DNA of 63,757 nt, counting the filler, from Choristocarpus tenellus KU-1152 (lineage: Eukaryota > Protista > Phaeophyceae), in the NCBI GenBank assembly GCA_964200185.2. It is 12 parts of 12 records of this genome, joined end to end, with 100 filler letters (N's around TTAATTAATTAA, not from the genome) between each part and the next. Parts side by side here need not be neighbours in the genome. Positions count along the whole stretch, not along the records: positions 48,793 to 60,099 come from CAXNAD020002394.1; positions 60,200 to 63,757 come from CAXNAD020019282.1; 10 more parts are not named here. One strand, written 5' to 3'. Within the stretch, counting starts at the first letter, position 1. Each line of letters opens with the position of its first letter. Positions 51,504 to 62,790 of this stretch are shown piece by piece. Position numbers and translations under genes: made by a program. The notes under the pieces are model-generated. The model was not told the DNA's origin. It saw only the letters and a list, made by a program, of their open reading frames with translations, and ran no database searches.

Positions 51504-51661
51504 CTGTTGGTACCAGCGAGCAAGTATATTCAGTCGAGTGGTCCGATCAGGGAGAGCAAGGTGGTAGTCACTGCCTCGTACATTCAAGTTAGATATCTTT
51601 GGTGTGATTTCTGTAGTATACTGAAGTCAGGGTCGTGTTTGTCACGAAGGCGGTCCAATAC

Positions 51662-51715
51662 CGTGCCATCCACTGCTACTTCAGATATTATTGGTCTTCG
51701 CGATAAGTTTGGCAT
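51662..51715 (-). CDS. Probable first coding exon of the OSCA gene (MPNLSRRPIISEVAVDGT)
   Basis: ATG at 51715 (alternative in-frame ATG at 51793); donor ACG|gtattg at 51661 in phase 0 joins the acceptor at 51503 across a 158-nt intron. No homology support. Confidence 0.45.
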
Positions 51716-52394
51716 TAATAGTTTGGGCAAGACAACGCAGACGCAAACCTCTGGGAGATCTTGATCCCCGATATCATCGACAACCTTAACCATCTCCCTC
51801 ACCCTAACTTTCTTCTCCTCCAACACCAAGGTTGTGGTTAGTAGTGTTGAAAAATGTGTTTTTCTTGCAAGTTGTGCAGACTATTGTTTACTCAAATAAT
51901 GTATAATATTTCCATCCCCTTTCTTCACATAATATAATTAATACCTAATACCTAACATTTTGGAGATGTATCCTATCTTTCTTGACAGACAACAGGTATG
52001 ACGGTATGATGCTATTTAAAAAGCGGTAAGACCTATATAAAAATATCTGCCATGACAGATTCAAAAGCAGAACTATATTTTTATGTTGCATAGAATAGTA
52101 ATATTATTCTAATTTTCATTGGTTTCCCCCCTGACACATCTGCAAAATATCGGAGGGCATAATAATAAATATAGAATATTAATTATCATGATATATAAAA
52201 AGAACCTTTGTAAATGTATATTTTATTTTGGGTCTAAGATCTTTTATAGGTGTAGTAGTAAATATGTAACATTGATGTGTCAGCGAAAAACCAAACCCCG
52301 CACATATTCATATTACTACTATTTATACTAATATACTGTTACTATAACCACAAAAATGTAGAAACAACTACGTTTTGATATTGTACTATTGTCT

Positions 52395-52737
52395 TCCTTT
52401 CCTTCCCATCTACCTGCTCCTGTGCCTCGGGGGGGGGGGAGCTAGGGAGGCATCCCAAGAATCCAACAGACCCCTCTGTGCCTATCTCCCTGGTGACTCT
52501 AGTTTGAAGCGCATGACACGTCGAGACAATGCCACTTGCGTAGTCACCAAAACAATATGGCGTAGCCTGGATTTAACTACTATTTTCCTGCCATATCCTC
52601 CCGCTCCTCTCCCTCTTACCATGTGAGTAGCCAGCTCATCAAGGAAGCATTCCACTTGCTTGCCGAGGCGCCCAAAACTTTCCACGGCAAAGGTGTTGAG
52701 GTTATAACTACGAGGATCAAAGGAGCCCTCGTAGTTG
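52395..52737 (-). mobile_element. 5'-truncated CRE/R2-type retroposon 3' end, copy B1
   Basis: NYEGSFDPRSYNLNTFAVESFGRLGKQVECFLDELATH..GRKIVVKSRLRHIVLVTTQVALSRRVMRFKL. Confidence 0.82.
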
Positions 52738-53175
52738 ATATTCGTTATTGTTCGAAATGTAGTTGTTTTTATGTATGGGACCAATTGTGTTCAATTCTGT
52801 CAAAAAATATTGGTTGATCATAATAGGTGGTAGTAAAATAATTATAGATTGATATCTATCACATTTATAACACTTTAGGGATTTTTCTGACATGTAAATA
52901 GTTTTTATTGGTTTTTCCTCTCACATCTACAAAATGTTCGAGGAGATAATAGTAAAATATTTGTCACCATACATAACCTACACCCCTAACTACACACACA
53001 CTCCACTACTTTAATGGTTGATTGATTCCCTATTGCACATTTGAGTCACACATCTTTAGTTCAATCCACCTCAAAACTGTTCTCAAACACATACGATTTT
53101 CATGCAATTTCGTGTTTGCAGACTTTGGATAATAAGAGACATGTTACACCAACGAGGTCACCATTATTATTGTAA

Positions 53176-53430
53176 GAAAGTTTTGGATTGCTTTATAGCC
53201 AAGTACAGGTAGGTTTTTGGATGAGATCCCCATACACGCGGTAGGGGGGAGCGGGGCGGAAGGATACGACAGGAAAGGGACTATCAAGTCCACCTATCAG
53301 ACAGATAGTATCCTTCACTGCATAAATGGCTCTCTCGAGATGCTTCATGGTTTTCAACCTAGGGGCACCAGCAGATGGGCAAGAAGGAAACTGTCAGATT
53401 GTTATGATGTTTCCTTACCTCCTCGCCCAC
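53176..53430 (+). mobile_element. Degenerate copy B2 of the same retroposon 3' end
   Basis: Nucleotide similarity to B4 (gaaagttttg, catacacgcggtagggggga, ggaaagggactatcaagtcc, cagatagt). Confidence 0.65.
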
Positions 53431-53944
53431 ATTCGTAGGGCTAAGCTAGGCTAGAGGCGTAGCAGCAGTGTACACATTATATTGTTCTTGCCGAACTTCA
53501 AGAGAGCATCGTGTTCGTAGATAGTGCTGCTGATGCACGTAGAGACCACCGGTGGATTAGATAATAGGATGGAGAGCCAGTAACAGATATATTATATGTA
53601 CTGACTCATAGTGTTGATTGGTTTTAGATCATGTTCAAGATACACTTCCTATACTTAAGATAAGTAAATAAGTAATTCATAGTAAATTAGTGTGGACGGT
53701 TACAAACCCTACACTATAGAGTATTGATGGTAACTAAGGCTAGAGTCTCACCCACGAGCTCAGTCAGCGGAATCGAGACCACAAAGGCCCTTGTAATACT
53801 AACTTTGTTCATCCATATTAAGCTGTTCTTTGTCCTTCATTGAAGCACCATAAAAGCCGCGGGTCCAGTGTAGGATAGTTCAACACATCATTGTATTGCT
53901 AGAATTCAAATTGTAGAAAAACGTTGGAGATACATCTTTTACAA

Positions 53945-54230
53945 AAACGACGATTGTTACTTTTACAGAGGTCCTTGTGATATTGGTTTGACCTTTTTCC
54001 CTGACACATCTGCAAAATCTAAGAGACCATAAGAATAAGTGTTACAGGGAGGTATCCCTACTCAAAAATATATGTGTATAGATATAATCATGCCCTCTCA
54101 TATTTTGAATGTGTGTCAGGGGAATTGTTTTATGCCCTCTGACATCTTGCAGATGTGCCAGGGGGAAAAACAATGGAAAGCTAATTCAATATCATAAGAA
54201 CCCTTGTGAAAGTAACAATTGCCGTAAATG
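53945..54230. repeat. Inverted pair of repeat unit A (..CCCCCTGACACATCTGCAAAATGTCAGAGGGCATAATAATAAAT), the probable extreme 3' end of the RLE retroposon; more copies near 52117-52170, 52826-52960, 54763-54830, 55470-55540, 60716-60746, 63608-63670
   Basis: Left arm 53945-54040 matches the reverse complement of 54125-54230; the unit recurs in both orientations and on another contig. Confidence 0.75.
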
Positions 54231-54279
54231 AAAAATATTTTTTTCTATCATCTATTTACTATTTACTACGGGCTATGCT

Positions 54280-54758
54280 ACAACACTCTCTTCCTATGCC
54301 TCCAATCTAGATTAGCCCTACACCACAGAGCGAGGAGCTAGGGAAGCATCCCAAGAATCTGACAGGCTCCTCCTTGCCCATCTCCCTGGTGTCTCCAGCT
54401 TAAAACGCATGACACGTCTTGATAGAGACACTTACGTTGTGACAGACACTATCTGTCGTAAACAGAATTTGACACCTCCTTTCCTGCTAAAGCCTCTGAC
54501 TCATCTCGACCCTGCCACTTGCATAGCCAACTCATCCAGAAGACTGTCTGCTTGCCTACCGAGGAGCACAAAACCTCCCACCACGAAGATGTTGAGGTTT
54601 AAACTACGAAAGTCAAAAGAACCCTCGTAGTTGGTGCGGTTTCGCGGCTCAGCTGCAGTAGCAGATACGCCATTGCTGGTGGATGAATGTGGCAGATGGG
54701 AGGCTGCTTGCACTTCTGGAAACGTACCATCCATGAGGAGGCCTTTATCCCGGTAGGG
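54280..54758 (-). mobile_element. 5'-truncated CRE/R2-type retroposon 3' end (RLE domain remnant + 3' UTR), copy B3
   Basis: YRDKGLLMDGT..STSNGVSATAAEPRNRTNYEGSFD..FVVGGFVLLGRQADSLLDELA; homologous to the other B copies. Confidence 0.8.
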
Positions 54759-54899
54759 AGTAATTTATTATTATGCCCTCTGACAGTCTGCAGATGTGTC
54801 AGGGGGGGAAACAATGAAAGCTATTGATATATCAGATAAATCTAAGTGTCGTAAATCCTTAGGCATCTTTCTAATAAAATGACTATATTATATCTAATC

Positions 54900-55410
54900 T
54901 TCCATGCAGGGGGCACGCCAGATCAGCCCCCTATCGGGACAAAGGCCTCCTGCTAGATGTTACATTTGGAGAAGTGCAGGCAACCTCCTATCTTCCACAT
55001 TTGTCCACCAGCAATGGTGTAGCTGCTGCTGTAACTGAGGCGCGAAAGCACAGCCACCCGAGGGCTCTTTCGACCCTCTTAGTTATAGCTTCAACACCTT
55101 TGTAGTGGAAAGTTTTGAGCACCTCGGCAAGCAAGCGGAAAGTTTCCTGGATTAGCTGGCTATACACGCGGTAAGGGGGAGAGGAACTGAAGGCTATGGC
55201 ACGAAAGGGGCAGTCAAATCCTGCCTACGTCAGATAGTCTCGGTGACAACACAGGTGGCCCTGTCTAGACATGCCATGCGTTTTTAATCTGGAGTCACCA
55301 GAGAGATGGGCACGGAGGGGTTTGTTGGATCCTTGGGATGTTTCCCTAGCTCTTCACCCTGGAGTGCAGGAATAGGTAGATTCGCGACACGGGATTGCAG
55401 TGGTACAACA
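54900..55410 (+). mobile_element. 5'-truncated CRE/R2-type retroposon 3' end, copy B4
   Basis: YRDKGLLLDVT..STSNGVAAAVTEARKH..FVVESFEHLGKQAESFLD*LA..RQIVSVTTQVALSR: LDVT, ExxKxxxY-like and ExxGxxG-like blocks of the RLE domain. Confidence 0.82.
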
Positions 55411-55605
55411 TAGATAGTAGTGAAATAACAAATAGAGTAATGTTTTTCATATTTGTGGCAACCTTTTCTTCTTTAGGGATTTTTCTGACATATGAATAGT
55501 TTTTCCTTGGTTTTTCCTCTGACAAATCTGTAAAATGTTAACAATAAAATATTACAGCAGTGCATGTAAGATATATCAGTACATTTGGAACGGTAAATAT
55601 ATTAC

Positions 55606-55756
55606 CTCTAACTTGAAATGCGTGACGCATCTCAAGAGAACTACTTGTACAGTGATGGATGCTATCTGTCGTAAGCGGGACTTGATAGCCCCTTACCTGC
55701 TATATCCTCCCACCTCTCTCCCTCCCACTGCATGTGTGACTAACTCATCTTTAAAA
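55606..55756 (-). mobile_element. Short degenerate copy B5 of the same retroposon 3' end
   Basis: Similarity to B1/B3 (atctgtcgtaagcgggacttgatagcccct, tatcctccc, taactcatc); translation DELVTHAVGGREVGGYSR. Confidence 0.65.
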
Positions 55757-56230
55757 ATGCCTGTAACCATTGTCAGACACGCACCCTCTGCCCTTCCACC
55801 CCAACTCCTACACTTGATCCATTTTGTGGGGGATAGTTGACTCAAAATGTCTTTTTTTATGCTTTCTTGATGGATTCTGGTCTCTGATGCCTCTATTGCT
55901 ATTTCGAGTTCCCTTTTATCAGTCACTTTCAATGTCAAACTTGTGCATAGAGCCCTTGGGTACACAAATTCACAGGTACGAATGTACGTCATTAGAATTG
56001 ATAATCAAATTTTGTGCAGACAGTGACAGAGCCCGCCTGGTTCAGCTCTCTCCAGTGACCCAGGCACAGCTCCCCCCTGGACGACCGTGTCTGGTACCTG
56101 GTGAAGCTATTACTATTTTTTAAAGAGACAGGTTACACAACTCACTCTCGTGTCCTTCCCGCCCCTGATGCTGCTCAAGCACCATGGGTGCTTAGTGGCA
56201 GACGCTCTCTATCTCTTTGCCCCCAGCACA

Positions 56231-56439
56231 GGGACAAAGTAAACGAGAGGTACCCACGTTTTGTTCGATTTGCATTTTAAGTCTATTTTTCAACCTTTGC
56301 AAACCACCCATATTTCTACGGATGGAGTTCTAAGTTGACTTGAGAGCATTATTTGTCTATGGTTTGAAACTTTTCCGACACAGTTAAGAAAATGTCCTTA
56401 CACACATTTGTAAAAATGCCTAATTCTGCTCAAACTTAT
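56231..56439 (+). mobile_element. MITE family 3 copy lacking its right end
   Basis: gggacaaagtaaacgagaggtaccca start and interior align with 11703-11900. Confidence 0.8.
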
Positions 56440-56699
56440 GAGCCAAAGTATCTTAGAGGGTAGAGCCGCGTCCATTTGGGGGTCAAAATCCAATGTTGCA
56501 ATTTGATGTAATTTTAGCTATCCTGTTTGTTAGCAAGTGTCAATATCCTTGTTTCGGACACACCTTTCACAACGTATAAATTTTACCTACTCGGAAAAAA
56601 ATTCGGAGTAGGAAAATGTCATAAAAAAAACCCCATGAGAAGCCAAGCCCCAAATGGACAGACAGGGCAAATCTCGTACCCTCTAAGATACTTTCACTC
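56440..56699 (-). mobile_element. MITE family 1 copy abutting a family 3 copy
   Basis: Full-length reverse-complement match with both TIRs. Confidence 0.9.
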
Positions 56700-59600
56700 A
56701 GTGTAATAGGACAGGGCCATGGCACGATCCAGGCAAAATGTGTGTTAGTTGACAGGGTCGGACCAGAGCCATCAAGGTTGTAAACAGGACAAGTGTTCGT
56801 AGACCGATCCAGAAAAAATATATTTTGACAAACCGGGACCATCATTGAAGAGTATAGGAGAACCGAATCATGGCCTAGCCCCATTCGGAACATGGTGTAA
56901 CGATGCTCTGTGAGTATAACTTGGCTACACATTCTTGCACCTCACATGTTGTGAGAGTAGTGCAAAATATCAACACAAGTGAGGTAGACATTTTTACATG
57001 TATCTGGAAACGTTTGCTAGCATAGTACAACAATTCAAAACTATACTGTGAAAAGTGTCAAGTATTCAGCAGGTAACTGCACGATTTGGAACTCTGAAGA
57101 TGGAAGTAGTCTGACATCTTAGATCATCGACTCTTTAACAGGTAAGCATTTGTGGTATTTCAATTTTTTAAGGAATATAGAAACACGGCAAGGACAATTG
57201 AATTCTACACAAAGGTTTGAAATATACGTAAAAGCAACACTGATTTCCATCCATTGATCCATGACAATATGTACAAATAGTCAGGCAGCAGAGACATGCG
57301 AAAAGTGAACTGCATGCCATGTGTTACTCAACTCTACTCCGGAGTAGATGATAAACGGATCACATTTGTTCTGTCGTTATCTTCCATTAAAAGGCCTACG
57401 AAACATCGGAGGGCACGCACGTATAGTACAGTGTGTGTACATATTCCTGGAGTATAAATGAACATTTTTAATGACAACGTTGTGTATGATTTTGCTGACA
57501 TATACTCAGGAATGTGCAATCACAAAGCAAGTGTTTGCCCAGTCACCATCTTCTTGAAGGCAACCATTATTGTCAATGTTTAGTCCCGCTTGCACCTCTG
57601 TGCCTCCACTTCTCCCCGTACACTATAATCTTCTAGCTGGGGTTTCTGTTGAGTCGCAAGTACATTGTTAGACCATCATTTCTTCACCCATGCCATGTTC
57701 GCATTGCACTAATCCTCAGGGAGAGCCACGACAAGTTTCTCTCACCCTAACAACTCGATTCATCAATGCCATGGTGGAGACTTACAAACAACTCCAATAA
57801 AATAGAGCCTGTGCCATCTGCCGCACCTTGTATTTTCGTTATCAGTCGTTGGGGTAGGCGTTCTCTTTCCAATATCCAAGAAAGTCAAACTTTCCTCTTG
57901 TACTACTTCATCTTCCAGCATGAACCTCGTGATTTCTTGTATAAGAACCTGTGAAAGCTTGACCTGTTTAGGAGTAGTTAGTACCTTGTTCACGTCCTCC
58001 TTATCCACGCCTCATGAACTTCTCTGCTACTCGCCACATGTGTTGCTGTTGCAATATGACACCTTGGTCAGGAAACATGAATAGACTTGATGAGCACGTT
58101 ATCAGGTGCATTCGCACCCAATCATGTAGGTTGAGAACCTTGGTCATCATCCCCATCCACATCAATTAGATCATTGGGTAAATTCCCCTGCCCCTCTACT
58201 CAACGTAGGTACAGTTTCTAGACATTAGAAATGCATTGGTTTTGTGGCTGCGACAGGGCACTTGGTGGCATCATGTAATGGGAGATTGCTTAAGCACAAA
58301 TAAATCAACTTTGTCATGGGATAGACTCCATACTCGTGGTAGTTGCACCAGTGGCAGATTCATCAGACAGGCTCTTCTCAACAACTGAGTTAACCAGGGC
58401 TTCATCAGGCTTCATCAGGAGAAAAGACTTATCAACCTGGGTGGGGATGGCTGCATGTTTGATGCAGCACTTTACAATACAGTCCCTACTACTGGCGTTC
58501 ATTGCAAACTAGCTATCAGTGCCAACTGGACTTTGGGTGCTTGATCTCCACCTTTTATGGCTCACAGTAATGATATTATGGCAGGGGGATGGTGAGGGAT
58601 ATGGGAACCACATATCCGTCACTCATCAATACTCAGAAAAAATGCAACTATTTGTTGGATTGTACTCCAAACTCTGCATTCTACAACTACTACTATGAAG
58701 TACCAGAACTCTAATATCATATATCATAGTGCTAACAATTCTCATCTATTGCCTTCAGTAAGAAAGACAAAGTGAACACACAAGCAACGGATGGGCCGAC
58801 TATTGTCTCATTACAGATTGGAGGCAGAGAATATATATATATGTGTATATATAAATAGAGAGATGGGGTTTATGCTAAGAATCCAGTAAAACAGCAGTGA
58901 GACAAGATGGTCAACAACATTCCATAGTAGTAGTTGTATAGTAATAGTGGTATTAGAAGTGTTCCAGTAGAACACCAACATAACCGCACTGGCGATACGA
59001 AGAGGAGAGGACTCTCTCCTCCTTGCCTCACTTGCTTTGCATAACTTATCCCTTGTTCTCCACAGGATGGCTGCTGACTGATAGGTAGTTGCAAGACTAG
59101 TCGCACAAACACGTTTGTCAACAACGAGACAGCTCAAGCAAACAAAAAAATATACCCTTGTGCTAGAGAGAAGTACAATGTATTTGGAAAATATATCAAA
59201 CAATACATTAGAGCATTATAGGACCACTCAACAACAATACAAAGAGCCCCACCACAAGTGCACAAGGCTGAGCGGCAGGCACATAGTTGAATATTCACCA
59301 ACATATATCACACCCTCAACATTTCAATCACCATAGTCTAACATGGCAGAGGAGTGCACAGCCGCTCTCAACTCAAAGAGAGGAAACGTTTGATGCTCAT
59401 TCCTAAACTCCTTTGAAAAATGATATTAAGCTCGTATCATATGCCGTTAATAGCATACTTCAAAAGCAGAAATGAGAGGCATTATAGCCCATGTATCTAG
59501 AGTAACCACACAGTAGTGATCACCTTCGGATAGCTCGCAATGTGCTTTGCATTGTGTCCTATACGTGTAATCTGTTTAACATCAACATGCAATACCTACA

Positions 59601-62444
59601 ACGATCAGACGTCTCAGACAAGCTACACCAAAGCAGCTCTCCCCAAAGTCAAAAACGATGTGTTTGCCCTTTACTTCTCTCTCCCTCTTGCAGTAGTAGC
59701 CTACTTCCTTTTTGCAGAGGCATCCACTTGTTCCCTTTGCATCATAACACAAAAAGGTCAGGCAGACAGACAGAAACATAAGACTGAACAAGGAGATGAT
59801 ATTGATACATCCCCACTCACATTCCCCCCATACACTTAGGGTTTTGAAGGCAAGCAGAAAATAGTTCTGCACCCCCTTCAACCAGCTCACTATCACAAAT
59901 GAAAATGCAAAATCCCACCAACTACCTTTGAGTACGCCTTTCTTCAAGCAAGGGTCAAAGCAAGCTCATTCCCTACCTCCCTCCACTCAAAGCTCATCAG
60001 TGAACCCTTCTGGCTCCTGTCCCCCATCTTCCTCCTCAGTCCCCTCTCTCCCCCCCCCCCCACCCCCCGCCCATCTTTCCCCCTCTCTTCTCCCCCCCCN
60101 NNNNNNNNNNNNNNNNNNNNNNNNNNNNNNNNNNNNNNNNNNNTTAATTAATTAANNNNNNNNNNNNNNNNNNNNNNNNNNNNNNNNNNNNNNNNNNNNC
60201 CACATACACCCCCTCGCACCACCCCCCCCCCCCCCCCCCAGATACTTTGGGTCAGCAGCCACATGAAAGGGTATGTCACTGGAATGAGCAAAACAGGGGA
60301 GGAAGACCCCTCCCCCTCCTCCTACTTCTACATGACATTGCTGGCATGCACAGACAGGTGGTGTATGAGACATAATACAGGGGAGATAAACTGAGAACTG
60401 CAGAGGTCCTACTACTGCTGGCGATTTCAAACGAAATGTGATCCAATACTTACTAAGCTCCACAAAGAAAGGAGGACCAAGACCATCAATGAAGAGTTCC
60501 CCACAGTGTATACTTTGGTTGATCCTTATTGCATTACATCATGGACTTGACCTTAGGCATTCGCAGTCAAAGCATTGAGTAATCACGAAGGGTTTAAAAC
60601 CCTAACAAAGAGCTAAAGGAATTGAGAGGTAGGCAGGTTTGTACCTTTTTGCTTTCAAGGCCATCATTCCTACCCTGTACAATACTTTATTTCATTGCTT
60701 TATGTACATAATAGGGCAAAATGTCAGAGGGCATAATAATATATACTAGTGTAAGCAAAATCGATGTGTTCCTCCCTTTCCAAATAGTGACCAGAATTCA
60801 GAGAAGTTGTAGAAAGCATGTTTGCCTGTTATTATACCTTATTGCCGTATGCCATATACCGTTATACCGTGGGATTGACTGAGTTCCCAGTCAAGAGTCC
60901 ATGACTTCACTGACGGACTCTTCCGTAAGAATGAAACCATGGAATTCTCTTCATGTGACCAATCCCATAGACTTGGGACAGCTCGTCATTCAGAGTTGTC
61001 ACACATGGAAAATCCACGTTGTTCTCATCATGTCTTACTGATGATGAAGCCCCATCTTTGATGTTCTCATCACTCCTAAGTTTGCACTTGTCCAACCTTA
61101 ACCTCGTACCCTCGGTCACGGTTCGTCTTTGTTCGTGTGGTCCGTCTTGCCTGGTGATTCTCTTCACCACCCTTGCTTGCCAAAGAATCACACGATTCAC
61201 AGTCTCTTTTTGCAATTGATTGTACGAAATAACTTTTTGTCCTTTCTCGGGATTCTTAAAATTAAATACCATCTACCTTTCAGTTTGTTTGGCTCATAAC
61301 CACAAAAAAATGGTCGTACGTCACCACCATGTCGCACTACTAAAACCGATATTTCTATGCAGTCAGATCTTTCCACTCAACTCTCTTACGTCAAAGAACT
61401 AACTTTCCTTGATCGTCGCCTCTAATCTTTATTATCCTCTCCAATCACACCTTTCCAAACTTCAACGCAACTCAATATGACGTTTTCCTCCAACGTCATT
61501 TTGCTATCACCATTTCTTGATAATTTTCTTATGGGTATGTTATGTTTTTACTATGTTGCCCTCTAACATCTTGGAGGTGTAAGAGGAATGTATTTGCGCG
61601 ATTCACTTTATGTTCTATAAATCTTCTATGTTACAAAGTTCCAACCAAGAGTTTGGTTCTGCTTGATCACATACAAACAGGTATTCAACCTAATTTCCAT
61701 CACACACCGTTGGTAACCGATGTTCATGAGCAGTCTGACATTGTTTGCCCCTCTGTTCGTACCTATTGTTCTTAGTGCGATGTGGCAATCCTCCCAACGA
61801 ATACTACTCTTTGGGACCTACTTTACCTTGAAATGGACAATGTGAGGGTGCTGTTCAAGGTGAATCTGGGCGTATGGAGGCAAGGACTCTTCCACATTGG
61901 ACCTTCCAGGCGTGGAAACTTGGGTGGTGGGAGCTGTGGGATCCATGAGACCAAACAATTTGGGAGTAAAGGACCGACATGGGAGTTTGGGCTGTGTTCT
62001 AGTTGTGTTGGTGTGTTTGTATCTCTGCCTAAGACTAATGTGTGCCGAAGACGGTCTTTTATTCTCTCCTCGATGTCCCTCGCAATAACGTCCTTTTGTC
62101 TGCCTGGTCCCTTCACAGTTTGTTAACAGAGTTACATCGAGTGTCGAGAAATACACCTACTCAATGAGTCTGTAATGGCGATGCTTTTGAACGATGATCC
62201 TTTTATTTAGTATTCCTTTGTCTCACTAGCAACAATCATAGCCAGGATCGGGTACTGCGGGGCGCGATGATGTGAGTGGGTAGTATGGGGGTCTGCGCCA
62301 GTGGGGAAATAAGAGGGGAAGGTCCATTAATTGCAGCAGTTGTGGTACAGTAGGCCCGAAGAAAGAGACTGTGTGTGTGTGCCTGGGCAAGCCCATGTGG
62401 GCTGTCCTGGGGGTGAAAGAGTAGTTGCAGTACTTGAGGATCAG

Positions 62445-62790
62445 AATGGGGAAGGGCACAGGAGAGAGCTGTGTGGCCAGTGCTTGGGGGACAGAGGAGA
62501 ATCTCCATCAGGTAGCAGACACGGGTCACCGGCGGCATGAGAAGAATGGCACAGAGGGGGTGCTGGGAAAGGCACAGGAGAGAGCTGCGTGATCTGTGCC
62601 TGGGGATTGGAGGAGAATTTGGACCAGGTAGCAGACACGATGCTCCTGCTACACCAAGAGGAATTACATAAGGGGGAACTGAGAATGGCACAGGAGGGAG
62701 CAGTGTGATCTGTGCCTGGGGATCGGAGGAGAAGGTCCACCACCTAGCCGACACAGTGCTCCAGCTGTACCCAGAGGAATAACAATAGGG
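62445..62790. repeat. Degenerate tandem repeat, about 3 units of ~115-120 bp
   Basis: ggcacaggag-gagc-g-gtg..gtgc-tgggga..gaggagaa..gacac recurs at about 62454, 62571 and 62687. Confidence 0.75.

Noticed and set aside
41405-51715. ABCB and OSCA genes as a co-oriented cluster
   Set aside because: They lie on different contigs separated by an artificial linker.
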